Source of the DNA: an uncultured Methanoregulaceae archaeon
GTDB taxonomy: Archaea > Halobacteriota > Methanomicrobia > Methanomicrobiales > Methanospirillaceae
Reading direction: 5' to 3'
Assembly: GCA_963717525.1 (NCBI GenBank)
Contig: OY970343.1
Coordinates: 2,144,001-2,208,000, forward strand
Length of the DNA: 64,000 nucleotides
Shown here: positions 20,297-30,384 of the stretch, one piece after another
How positions within the stretch are numbered: position 1 is the stretch's first letter
Layout: the number at the start of each line of letters is the position of its first letter
Made by a program: the position numbers and the translations under genes
The notes under the pieces: generated by a model
What the model was told of the DNA's origin: nothing
Database searches by the model: none
The model's input: the letters and a program-made list of their open reading frames with translations, nothing else

Positions 20297-21607
20297 ATGA
20301 AGGTAGCGCTGATCAACTCCCGCAAGGATGTTGCGGGATGCAATATCAGGCACCACATCGAGCAGTGCATCGGGGAATCCTCCCCCCGGGGAGCGGAAAG
20401 GAGCTATGAGTTTTTTGAGGTCAGCGGACGGCTCATCCACGCGGAAGGAGTCGATGATGGCATCGATGCGGACCTTGTTATCTTCCTCTCGCGCCACTCC
20501 AGCGTGAACCCGGTCCCTGTGCTCACGGTTCATGTGACCGGGAATTTCGGGCCGGCAGAATTGGGCGGCAGCCCCCGCACGCTCGCCCCGGCAGCGCCCG
20601 CCATGATGCAGGCGACCCTCCGGGCTCTCGCCCGGCACTGCCCGGAAGGCTACCGGGTCTCGTACGAGGTCACCCACCATGGCCCCACGGGTCTCTGCCA
20701 CCCCTCGTTCTTTGTCGAGATCGGGAGCACAGAGAAGGAATGGGCAGATCCGGCGGCAGGCCGGGCCGTTGCGGAAGCCGTGCTCAGTGCCGAGCCGTCC
20801 CACGCCGTCCCGCTGATAGGTATCGGTGGGACTCATTATGCTCCCCGCGAGACCGCTATCGCCCTTTCGAGCCGGGGGGCGTTTGGGCATATCGCAACCT
20901 CTAAGCGACAGGTTGCCGTGCTGGACCGGGAGATGGTGCAGGCCATGATGGTACAGAGCGGGGCTGTCGCGGCGTACATCGACCGGAAGGCCATGCCCCA
21001 CCCCGATTTTTCACGGCTTTCCGGGATCCTCGACGAGTTAAGGATCCCCCGTCTTTCGGAGACCGAGATCGCATCACTCGGGCATCTCCCGTGGGAGACC
21101 TATTTGGAGGTACGTAACCTCGCTGCTTCCGTCAGCCCCGGGGCACGGTGCTTTGTCCATGCGCTCGAAGGCACCGGCCCGCTTACGGCTATCTCCCTTG
21201 ATCCCGTGCTTCTTTCTGAAGCCAAAAGGTGCGATGAATCTGCCCTGATCCACGGTTTCGGACCTCTTTCTGTAGTGCACCTGACCAATGAGGACAACGT
21301 ACTTCTCCCGCAATTCGTCGCTTTCTCAAAAAATTCTTCGGAAATAATAAATGCTTTAAATACATTGTGCGTAAAAATCATACGTAACAGGGAAAGCACT
21401 GCGACGGAAAATGATTACCTGGTCATCAGAAAGGTACGGTTCGACCCCGGAAAAGCGCGCGAACTGGGGGTGCCGGCCGGCCCTGCCTACCGCCAGCTTG
21501 CCGCCGGGCAGGCAGTGGAGCACGATGGCCGGGTGATTACGCCCAACCGGGTATCCGTCGTCACCGAGACCAGAATCCACATCCCGGGACTGGAGAACTA
21601 CTCATGA
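20297..21607 (+). CDS. dtdA: D-aminoacyl-tRNA deacylase (archaeal DTD2/GEK1 family)
   Basis: FLSRHSS, LTVHVTGN, EVTHHGPT, FVEIGS and GIGGTHYAP; located upstream of ftsZ. Confidence 0.92.
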   Translation: MKVALINSRKDVAGCNIRHHIEQCIGESSPRGAERSYEFFEVSGRLIHAEGVDDGIDADLVIFLSRHSSVNPVPVLTVHVTGNFGPAELGGSPRTLAPAAPAMMQATLRALARHCPEGYRVSYEVTHHGPTGLCHPSFFVEIGSTEKEWADPAAGRAVAEAVLSAEPSHAVPLIGIGGTHYAPRETAIALSSRGAFGHIATSKRQVAVLDREMVQAMMVQSGAVAAYIDRKAMPHPDFSRLSGILDELRIPRLSETEIASLGHLPWETYLEVRNLAASVSPGARCFVHALEGTGPLTAISLDPVLLSEAKRCDESALIHGFGPLSVVHLTNEDNVLLPQFVAFSKNSSEIINALNTLCVKIIRNRESTATENDYLVIRKVRFDPGKARELGVPAGPAYRQLAAGQAVEHDGRVITPNRVSVVTETRIHIPGLENYS

Positions 21608-22699
21608 GGTCTATTGTTGAAGAGGCACTTACCAAGGCGAGAGACGAGACTGCATCGTCGTCCTCGCAGAATAACGAGGATCTTGATCAGATCTTAAGCG
21701 AACTCAAGACTGAGGTCACCGTGATCGGCTGCGGGGGCAGCGGTTCCAATACGATCACGCGCATGATGGAGGAGGGCATCCACGGCGCAAAACTGGTCGC
21801 CATCAACACCGATGCCCAGCACCTGATCCGCACCCACGCCGACCAGCGCATGCTGATCGGCCGGGCAGCGGACCCGGGGTCTCGGCGCCGGTTCCATCCC
21901 GCAGATCGGCGAGGAAGCCGCGCTCGAAAACGAGCAGGATATCCGGGCGGTCGTCTCCGGGTGCGACATGGTCTTTATCACGGTCGGCCTCGGCGGCGGC
22001 ACGGGCACGGGCTCCGCCCCGGTCGTTGCAAAGGCCGCCCGGGAAGAAGGCGCGCTCACCATCGCGGTCGTCACCCTGCCGTTTGCCTCTGAGGGTACGA
22101 TCCGCATGGAAAACGCCGAAGCCGGTCTCGAACGCCTCCGGGATGTGGCAGATACGGTGATAGTAGTCCCGAACGACCGTCTGCTTGAAGTAGTTCCCAA
22201 GCTCCCCCTCTCCGCGGCGTTCAAGGTTTCTGATGAGGTGCTTATGCGGGCGGTCAAGGGCATCACGGAACTGATCACGATGCCCGGTCTCGTGAACCTC
22301 GACTTTGCCGATGTGCGCACGGTCATGGAGCGCGGCGGCGTCGCTATGATCGGCATGGGCGAGAGCGACAGCGAGGATAAGGCTGCCGACTCGGTGAAGA
22401 AGGCAATCCGCTCCCCGCTCCTTGATGTGGATATCTCCGGTGCTACTGCCGCGCTCGTGAACGTGGTCGGCGGCCCGGACATGACAATGGCAGAAGCTGA
22501 AGGCGTCGTGCAGGAAGTCTATTCCCGCGTCGATGAGAATGCGCGGATCATCTGGGGTGCGCAGATTGACCCGACGATGTCAAACAAGATGCGGACGCTC
22601 CTGGTGGTCACGGGCGTACGGTCGCCACAAATATATGGTCGCAATGAGAAGCTTACCCCCAAAGTACAGAAACAATATGAGATCGATTTTCTCAAGTGA
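21604..22699 (+). CDS. ftsZ: Cell division protein FtsZ (one apparent +1 indel at ~21864)
   Basis: [17 protein letters not shown]; removing one G restores [12 protein letters not shown]; then GLGGGTGTG and LVNLDFADV. Confidence 0.95.
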
Positions 22700-22705
22700 A
22701 CAGTT

Positions 22706-22912
22706 ATGGAAATTTCAAAACCTGATATCAAAGTCGACGTGCATGAGGAGTTATTCCGCAAATACTTCCGTGTCCTGAAACTCGCGCGCACACCCACCCG
22801 GGAGGAGTTCACCAAGATCGCGACCGTAGCGGCGGCCGGTATCCTCCTTATCGGGCTGATCGGATTTATCATCTACCTGCTCTTCGAACACAAGACCCTG
22901 CTGGGATTTTAG
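22706..22912 (+). CDS. secE: Protein translocase SecE / Sec61-gamma
   Basis: YFRVLKLARTPTREEF plus TM helix; lies between ftsZ and spt5. Confidence 0.93.
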   Translation: MEISKPDIKVDVHEELFRKYFRVLKLARTPTREEFTKIATVAAAGILLIGLIGFIIYLLFEHKTLLGF

Positions 22913-22924
22913 ATCCTGATTGCC

Positions 22925-23449
22925 ATGACTGCGGAACCTACTACCGTATCGCCGGCTCCAGCGGCACCTGCCGCCCCCGAGGTCTTCAATAACCGGATTT
23001 TCGCGATCAAGACAACCTCCAAGCAGGAACGGACCGTTGCCGACAATATTTTAAAGGCGATCGACACAAAGGCGACCGACATCAAAGTCACCTCGATCAT
23101 CGTCCCCAACGAGCTGCAGGGATATGTCCTTGTCGAAACCCCCGAGCAGCGGAACAGGATCGAACAACTCGTCGAGATGATCGCCCATGCACGCGCGGTC
23201 GCAAAAGGCCAGACGACGCTTGCCGAAGTCGGGCATTTCCTGATCCCAAAACCCGTGGTCTCCGGCATCGACGAGGGCACTATCGTCGAGCTGATCGCAG
23301 GACCGTTCAAGGGCGAAAAAGCCGTGGTCAAGCGTGTCGATTCTGCAAAGGAAGAGATCACGGTCGAGCTGTACGAGAGCGTCGTCCCAATACCGATCAC
23401 GGTCCGGGGAGACAACGTACGGGTTGTTGAGAAATTCAGCGACCGGTAA
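22925..23449 (+). CDS. spt5: Transcription elongation factor Spt5 (NusG)
   Basis: FAIKTTSKQE, GYVLVE and KOW motif VELIAGPFKGEKAVV. Confidence 0.95.
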   Translation: MTAEPTTVSPAPAAPAAPEVFNNRIFAIKTTSKQERTVADNILKAIDTKATDIKVTSIIVPNELQGYVLVETPEQRNRIEQLVEMIAHARAVAKGQTTLAEVGHFLIPKPVVSGIDEGTIVELIAGPFKGEKAVVKRVDSAKEEITVELYESVVPIPITVRGDNVRVVEKFSDR

Positions 23450-23620
23450 TTCTTTTTTTATCGTTTTCGTCACCAGCGGTAGTGTAACGTGATACCCGGA
23501 CCAGCAGATGTGGACGGAAGCCGGGATCCCTGCCATTGGTCCGGTATCACTCCGGTCTGAACTTTGCATGTTCAGGGTCCCCGTTTATCCGGTTTATAAA
23601 CAAACGCTGGCAGACCACAC

Positions 23621-23654
23621 TTTAAATATTACAAAATGTAATGTAAACATTACA
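23621..23654 (+). promoter_or_regulatory. TATA box followed by palindromic operator
   Basis: TTTAAATA at 23621, then TGTAATGT-aa-ACATTACA (23637-23654), about 50 bp upstream of ATG 23701. Confidence 0.6.
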
Positions 23655-23700
23655 ATATGCGGGCAAGCCCCGACGTTCTGCCCCCATAGAGAGCATCATC

Positions 23701-24322
23701 ATGAAAACCTTTACCACCTCGATCATTATGCTTCTTGCAGTAACCCTGGTGCTTGCCGGAGTGCTTGTCGCAGGATGCACGCAGAGTAACGGCAGTACCT
23801 TCAGGCTCTGCCGGGAGCGGTCAGCAGGCTTCCCCCACGGCGACGTACGCCGGGAACGCAAGCTACGGAGGCCACCAGTTCTCCGGGCAGCGGTTCCTCA
23901 CCAACACGACCCTGCTCAATGCCGCCGCTGCGCAGCTGGGCGTTTCCGAGCAGGACCTCCAGAATGCCCTGACACCCCAGAGCGGGCAGCGGATGAACCT
24001 TACTTCCGCGGCAGCCCAGCTTGGTGTCACACCGCAGCAGCTCCAGGCAGCGCTTTTCCCGGCCGGTGGGTACCAGTTCTCAGGACAGGGCTTCCTTTCC
24101 AACACGACCCTGCTCAATGCCGCCGCTGCGCAGCTGGGCGTTTCCGAACAGGATCTCCAGAATGCTCTGACTCCCACAGGCGGGCAGCGGATGAACCTTA
24201 CGGATGCAGCAGCTCAGCTCGGTGTAACTTCCGACCAGCTCCGTTCAGCGCTCAGTTTCCCGGCCGGCGGCTACCATGGGAACTATACCATGCCCCTGAT
24301 GACGCCAACATCGGGACAATAA
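23701..24322 (+). CDS. Secreted lipoprotein with two 66-aa internal repeats (apparent +1 indel at ~23800)
   Basis: Signal peptide with lipobox VLVAGC. After a frame change, two near-identical units GG(H/Y)QFSGQxFLxNTTLLNAAAAQLGVSEQDLQNALTPxxGQRMNLTxAAAQLGVT... Confidence 0.75.
23867..24265 (+). repeat. Intragenic tandem duplication, unit about 198 bp
   Basis: Copies start at 23867 and 24065 and share AACACGACCCTGCTCAATGCCGCCGCTGCGCAGCTGGGCGTTTCCGA exactly. Confidence 0.9.
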
Positions 24323-24448
24323 CCGAAAACTCCTCCCATTCCTCCCCTTTTTTGTGGCTCTGGCCTGCAATAAAACCCGACCGGCAGATCAAGTCAATAC
24401 CTTTATTATTGTTATTCTCCGATTCCCCTCCTACAGGAGCAGATGCAT

Positions 24449-25118
24449 ATGAAAGTCATTGGAATAAACGCAAGTCCCCGCGGAAAGGACAGCAACACCT
24501 TAAAACTCACAAACGCTGTGCTTGCCGGGGCAAAGGAAGAGGGCGCGGAAACGGAACTTATCGATCTCTACACGCTGCGCATCGAGTACTGCACGGCCTG
24601 CGGGACCTGCTATGCCACCGGGGAGTGTACCCAGCTGGACGATTTCTCGGATCTCTTCGACCGGATCATGAACGCTGACGGGATCGTGCTTGGCGCCCCC
24701 AACTATGTCGATTGCGTGCCGGCCCCGATGAAGGCACTCTTCGACCGGATGGCCGATGCAATCCACTGCCAGATGTTGACCGGCAAATTCGGGTGCTCGG
24801 TCTGCACGGCGGGAGGGGCCGGCGAGACGGAGGTCGTCGGGTACATGAACAAGGTCCTCTCAACGCTTGGTGCCAACATCGTGGGAGGGATCGGCGTCGC
24901 AATCGGGCGCGACCCGGTGACTCTCGGGAAGGCAGAAGGGGATGCCCATACCCTCGGAAAGACGCTTGCACAGGCCATCCAGGGGGCCATTACCTATCCC
25001 GACCAGGACGCGCTTCACAAGCAGAAACGGGAGTACTTCTGCCAGCTGGTTAAGTACAACAAAGACCGGTTCGCCCACGAGTACCGAATGGTACGAACAG
25101 ATGGGCTGGATGAAGTGA
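24449..25118 (+). CDS. Iron-sulfur flavoprotein (Isf) family; apparent +1 indel near the C-terminus
   Basis: MKVIGINASPR, CTACGTC...C and MKALFDR. Removing one C at ~25084 gives EYEWYEQMGWMK*, matching the EEYERWVRMGWIR* end of the 7221 paralog. Confidence 0.88.
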
Positions 25119-25134
25119 GCCGGGGGAAGCGGTC

Positions 25135-25974
25135 ATGAAGAGCATCACTGCGGAAAAACTCGGGCTTGCACACGAACCGGTGGCAGTCCTCTGGAGCAAC
25201 ACTAAGCCTGAAGGGGCACTCCAGATAAAACCACACGGCCAGACCTGCATCATGCCCTTTTTTGCACAGGTGGCAACGAAGGGGAAGACCGCCGTTTTCG
25301 ACCGGGAGAGCTATGGCTGTCCCGGCGCCCGGGCCGGGCTTGGGTTCGGGAACGGGTACTACGATGCCTTCGGTGGCGCCGGGGTGGACTTCATGTCCGC
25401 CTTCTTTGTGAAAGGAGCAGAGAGCAGCAAGAACCCGGAGGCCTATTGTGCAACCGTGCAGCACATCCCTGAGCGGGAGCGGGAGAAGTTCATCCACGGC
25501 GAGCGACTCCACAAAAACACGGAGAAGGCAAAGCGGTTCATGACAGCCGACCTGCCGATCACGGATATTGCCGAGAAGTACGTGATCTTCACCCCGTTGA
25601 GCAAGGTGAAGATCGGAGAGCAGCCGGTTGTCGTGGTGTTCCTGGCCGATCCCCTCCAGGTCACCGGCCTTGTCACGCTGGTCGGCGCCGTCCGCGAGGG
25701 AACGGATCCGGTCCGGGTCCCGCCCATGGCCGCCTGCCAGCAGATCGGGGCCTTCGTGTATGACGAGGCAAAAAAGGAGCACCCCCGGGCCGTGCTCGGG
25801 TACACGGACCTTGCTGCACGGGCGAACGTGGGAAAGACCATCCCGGAACAGATGTTCACGTTTGCGGTGCCGTTCACGCTCTACCGTGAGATGGAAGAGG
25901 AAGCAAAGAATGGTGTGTTCGACGGCCCGATCTGGAAAGGGCTTGCGGCGGAAAAGAAAGGAGTGGTATCATGA
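25135..25974 (+). CDS. DUF169 family protein
   Basis: L..EPVAV start, TCIMP, YGCPGARAGLG, KYVIFTPL, VVFLADP.Q, AACQQ and FAVPF, the pattern I recall for DUF169. Confidence 0.8.
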   Translation: MKSITAEKLGLAHEPVAVLWSNTKPEGALQIKPHGQTCIMPFFAQVATKGKTAVFDRESYGCPGARAGLGFGNGYYDAFGGAGVDFMSAFFVKGAESSKNPEAYCATVQHIPEREREKFIHGERLHKNTEKAKRFMTADLPITDIAEKYVIFTPLSKVKIGEQPVVVVFLADPLQVTGLVTLVGAVREGTDPVRVPPMAACQQIGAFVYDEAKKEHPRAVLGYTDLAARANVGKTIPEQMFTFAVPFTLYREMEEEAKNGVFDGPIWKGLAAEKKGVVS

Positions 25975-26753
25975 CAGGTGAGGATTTCAGGACGATTGGG
26001 TCGAGGCTTGCGTCTGCATTCCGGCTCCAGACACGACCCCTTGCGGTGTACGGAACGGATGTTTTGCCGGCCGGCATCCCCCCGATGGCCGGGATCAACC
26101 GGTGTTTTGCGGTTTCCCTGTACCGGATGGCGGCAGGACGCGAAATACCGGCGATCTATGTTGGTGAGGGGGCAAACGAGGGCTGCTGCCTGGGGGGGCT
26201 GTTCCATGTGGGATACATCCCGGTGCCGGACGATATCAAATACTTCGTGTCGACCGGCAGGAAGGATGTCCGCGGCGGAGCAGCGGAGTTCTTAAAGGCG
26301 AGCCCGGATCTGGTTGACCGCTGCTCGGCGGTGGCCGGGCCGATCCACCCGCCGGGGAAATACCTTGTTGTACAAGCGTGTGACGCTCTTCCCGATCCCA
26401 TGCCCGATGTCCTCTCCCTCTGCATCTTCGGGAACGGCGAGCAGATCCGGAACATGGCGGCCCTCATTCATTTCGACCGGGACGACCCGTTCTCTCCGGT
26501 CGTCGTCCCGTGGGGATCGTCCTGCTCGACGTTTATCACGTTCCCGGCCGGCCTTGCGGAGAATACGCCCAAAAATACCGCGTTCATGGGGCCACAGGAC
26601 CCTACGCAGAACCATTCTCTCCCGCTGGAGATGATGGCGCTGGGAATCCCCGCGGCGATGGCCGTGCGGATGGCAGACAACCTTGACGCATCGTTTGTTA
26701 CCCGGCGGCCGCAGGTGGCCTTCCCCCGCCGTGCTGCGCAGCAGTACCGGTAA
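25971..26753 (+). CDS. DUF169 family protein (second, divergent copy)
   Basis: LQTRPLAVY, RCFA, GCCLGG, KYLVV, FGNGEQI, WGSSCS, GPQDP and ALGIP; ATGA overlap with the upstream DUF169 gene. Confidence 0.75.
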   Translation: MTGEDFRTIGSRLASAFRLQTRPLAVYGTDVLPAGIPPMAGINRCFAVSLYRMAAGREIPAIYVGEGANEGCCLGGLFHVGYIPVPDDIKYFVSTGRKDVRGGAAEFLKASPDLVDRCSAVAGPIHPPGKYLVVQACDALPDPMPDVLSLCIFGNGEQIRNMAALIHFDRDDPFSPVVVPWGSSCSTFITFPAGLAENTPKNTAFMGPQDPTQNHSLPLEMMALGIPAAMAVRMADNLDASFVTRRPQVAFPRRAAQQYR

Positions 26754-26781
26754 GCGGTCCCTTTTTTAGGAAGTAATGATA

Positions 26782-27414
26782 TCAGCGGCGGACAGCCAGC
26801 AGGTACACGGCCCGGTGCGGCCCGAATTTGCTCTTTACCTCAATAGTCTTCAACTCCCGGATATCAAAATACGGCGAGGTGAGGTTCCGGATCTCGGATT
26901 CCGATGAGAAATAGAGCGTTGTCCCGATCCGGGTCGTCCGGTATTTCCCGCTCCCGCCAAACTGGGGGTCGCTCTCATCAAAGCAGACCGAGAAGTACAA
27001 AGCCCCCGGGTCGGTGATTTTATGCACATTTCTGATATACGCCTCCCGGTCTTCCGGGAATATGTGGTGCAGGAGTTCCCAGTCATAGGCAAAGTCAAAA
27101 GTACTGGTCACTTCATGGAGGTCGCCGAGCAGGTCAGCGACCACAAACCTGCACCGGGCACCCCGCTTTTTTGCATGCTCCTGTGCAATCCTGATCGCGG
27201 CAGGAGAGCTGTCCACCCCTGTGACATCGAACCCGAGGCCGGCAAGATAGATCGCATAGTTGCCGGTACCGCACCCGAGATCGACGGCCCTGCAGGGCTG
27301 GACAATGCCCTCCTCTACCAGTTTTACCAGCGCATCGGGGGGTGTCTCGCTGTACCAGGGGATTGTGTCGAGGGGCAGGGTCTGGTAAATCCTGTCAATA
27401 TCAGCGTATTTCAT
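26782..27414 (-). CDS. Class I SAM-dependent methyltransferase (TPMT/TehB-like)
   Basis: IPW, AVDLGCGTG, VTGVDSS and FDFAYDWELLHHI. Start chosen at MKYADID. Confidence 0.9.
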   Translation of the reverse strand: MKYADIDRIYQTLPLDTIPWYSETPPDALVKLVEEGIVQPCRAVDLGCGTGNYAIYLAGLGFDVTGVDSSPAAIRIAQEHAKKRGARCRFVVADLLGDLHEVTSTFDFAYDWELLHHIFPEDREAYIRNVHKITDPGALYFSVCFDESDPQFGGSGKYRTTRIGTTLYFSSESEIRNLTSPYFDIRELKTIEVKSKFGPHRAVYLLAVRR

Positions 27415-27528
27415 GCATACCGTCCCTGTGAAGTGATTAACCGACAGGAGTTTCAAGGTTTCTCCGGGCCGGCCGCACCCGCTTCCCGTGCGGGAACTGC
27501 AATCATTATAGTCCTCAAGGTTCAACGT

Positions 27529-27546
27529 TGTAAACTGTATTTTACA
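27529..27546. promoter_or_regulatory. Putative repressor operator between divergent methyltransferase and MFS genes
   Basis: TGTAAA-N6-TTTACA inverted repeat about 45 bp upstream of the MFS start. Confidence 0.45.
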
Positions 27547-27589
27547 TCCTCCGGCAGATGCCCGGAGGCACCGGGGGCAGCAGGGCCGC

Positions 27590-29361
27590 ATGGAAACGGA
27601 GACAGAGAAGACCGGGGCAGGGCCGGTAAAGAAGGGGATCGATTACAAGTGGGTCGTCCTCTCCATTACGACTATCGAGATGTTCATGGTCTCCGTGAAC
27701 GGGAGCATTACCCTCATCTCGCTGCCCGCGATCTTCAATGGCATCAACATCGACCCGCTCACCTCGTTCCAGTACCTCATCTGGGTACTGATGGGGTATA
27801 GCCTCGTCACCGCCACCCTGCTCCTTTCCTGCGGCCGGCTCTCGGATATGTACGGGAGGGTGAAACTCTATAATCTCGGGTTTGCCATCTTTACCCTCGG
27901 GTCCATCCTGCTCTTTCTCACGCCGGATAAGGGTAGCGCAGGCGCCCTTGAGATTATTGCGTTCCGTCTCGTCCAGGGTGTGGGGGCCTCGTTTACCTTC
28001 TCCAACAGCGCAGCTATCCTCACCGATGCGTTCCCTCCCGATGAGCGGGGCAAGGCGCTGGGGCTCAACACCATCTCCTTTCTGTCAGGACAGTTTGTGG
28101 GCCTGATCCTCGGCGGCGTCCTCGCGTTCTACAACTGGCGGTATGTGTTTCTCGTCAGCGTACCGGTCGGTATCCTCGGCACCATATGGGCATATCTCAA
28201 ACTTCGGGAAACACCGCTTCCCAAACGGGCCCGGAAGATCGATGTCTGGGGCAACATCACCTTTGTCGCCGGTCTCACGATCCTTTTGATCGGCATCACG
28301 TATGCCCTTCTTCCCTACGGGAACGACCCGATGGGCTGGGACAACCCGTGGGTCCTTGGTGCGATCATCACCGGCATCCTTCTCCTGATCGCGTTTCCCA
28401 TCATCGAAAGCAGGGTCGAGGACCCGATGTTCCGGCTTAACCTCTTTAAGATCCGGGTTTTCACGCTTGCAAACACCGCCGGCTTCCTGAGCGCCCTTGC
28501 CCGGGGCGGCATGTTTTTTATCCTGATCCTGATGCTGCAGGGCATCTGGCTGCCCCTCCACGGCTACAGCTACGAGTCCACCCCCTTCTGGGCCGGGATC
28601 TTTATGCTGCCGCTCACCGCCGGCTTCGTGATCATGGGCCCGCTCTCGGGCTGGCTCTCGGACAAGTACGGCTCCCGGTGGTTTGCCACGTCCGGCCTGC
28701 TCCTTATCGCCCTCTCGTTTATCATCCTTGCCGCACTTCCGTATGATTTCGACTACCCCATCTTTGCCGTCGCGCTTCTCATCATGGGGATAGGGAACGG
28801 TATGTTCGGCTCGCCTAACATTGCATCCATCATGAATGCGGTCCCTCCCGAGGACCGGGGAGTCGCCTCGGGCATGCGGTCGATGCTGCAGAACAGCGGC
28901 ATGGTCGTCTCGATGGCGCTCTTCTTTACCATTGTAATCGTGAGCCTCACGCACCTCTTCCCCCCGGAACTTGCGACATCGCTCACCAGCGCCGGGCGCC
29001 GGGCCTGATCGCACCCATGAGCGCGATCCCGCCGACCGGTGCGCTGTTCGCCGCATTTTTGGGCTATAACCCGGTCCACACGATCCTTGTCTCCCTGCCC
29101 GCAACGGCTGTCGCCGCGATCAGCCCGGTGACAATCACGGTCCTGACCGGCACCACATGGTTCCCGACCACGCTTGCAAATGCCTTCATGCCCTCGCTGC
29201 GGATCTCCTTCTACATCGGCGCCCTGCTCTCGGTCATCGCGGCCGTATTAGCCTCAATGACCGGGTCACGGTTCGTCCACGAACTTCAGGGAAAGGAAGG
29301 GGAAAAGGAAGGAGAATCCCCGGAAACCGTGGAGGATACCGGCCTGGAAATCACCGGGTAA
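27590..29361 (+). CDS. MFS drug:H+ antiporter (DHA2/EmrB-like); apparent -1 indel at ~28995
   Basis: GRLSDMYGR motif [22 protein letters not shown] and many TM helices; the C-terminus continues in the 29017-29361 frame. Confidence 0.88.
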
Positions 29362-29445
29362 CCGGCAGGCAGGGGTCCATCCCGGGAAGGGGGGCCAGAT
29401 TTACCTGTTTTTACACAGGGGGGTACAGGAGCACGACCCCCTTTA

Positions 29446-30195
29446 TCAGGCTCCACTTCTTGGTTCTTTCATCCAGTCGTGGGAGAAGATCTCTGCCTCT
29501 CCGCTCACGATTCCTGCCACGATCTTTTGCGCCACGAATTCTGCGGGATCCGGCTGATACCTCCCGCCCGGTTCCCGGGTGCCTTCCGGCACGGGCAGAG
29601 CATGGATGGTATTCTTCTCGAAATTGGTCAGGGTGATATACGGGTAGACAACGGATACGACGATGTGGTCGGCTTCCAGCTCCTGCCGGGCGGCGAGGCT
29701 GATGCCGGCAAGGGCCCGCTTGGACGATGAATACGGGCTCATGCCCGGCAGGTGCATCAGTGCAGTGCCCGAGCTGATATTGACAATCGATCCCCCGCCC
29801 AGCGCCCGCATGACTGGGATTACCGCCTGCATGGCGGCGAGAGGACCGATCACGTTCAGGTCGTAGATATACCGGAACGTGCTGATGTTGGTCTTCTCCA
29901 CGGGCGCATCATATCCCTGCCCCGCATTGTTGACCAGGATTTCTATCCTGCCAAATTCCTTCTGTGCCGAAGCGACCATCTTTTTGACCTGCGGGATCTT
30001 TGTCATGTCGGCAGGCAGGGCACGGGAACCGGGCAGTGTTCCGGATAATTCTTCAAGCACCACTTTGGATCGCGAGACAAGCCCGACCCTGACACCGTTT
30101 TTTGCGAGGAGCCGGGCGGTTGCAAGGCCAATTCCTGAAGACGCACCGGTCACAATCGCAGTTTTTCCCTGTAATTTTGAAAATTCTGCATCCAT
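29446..30195 (-). CDS. Short-chain dehydrogenase/reductase
   Basis: TGASSGIG, NNAG, NISS and YSSSK catalytic motif. Confidence 0.93.
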   Translation of the reverse strand: MDAEFSKLQGKTAIVTGASSGIGLATARLLAKNGVRVGLVSRSKVVLEELSGTLPGSRALPADMTKIPQVKKMVASAQKEFGRIEILVNNAGQGYDAPVEKTNISTFRYIYDLNVIGPLAAMQAVIPVMRALGGGSIVNISSGTALMHLPGMSPYSSSKRALAGISLAARQELEADHIVVSVVYPYITLTNFEKNTIHALPVPEGTREPGGRYQPDPAEFVAQKIVAGIVSGEAEIFSHDWMKEPRSGA

Positions 30196-30384
30196 TATTC
30201 TCTCACACCTCACCCCATTGTGGGTCTACCCGAGTATATACGCGGTAATTATTAGAGATTTACCCGGGATCCGGACATGACTGTCCCCTCTCATATGCCC
30301 TTAACAGGTTCCAGTGGTGGAGCATGGATATATGTCCCGAAATAAAACAGGGTTTCACCCAGGGGTTCTCCCGGGTACCCTTTC

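Noticed and set aside
21840..21900. Programmed frameshifting in ftsZ, rplP0 or hypF
   Set aside because: There is no shared slippery heptamer or stimulatory structure, and scattered +1/-1 events across unrelated genes fit sequencing error better.
23701..24678. 325-aa ORF as a real protein
   Set aside because: Only its signal peptide is credible; the rest is an out-of-frame reading of the repeat lipoprotein and the start of the Isf gene.
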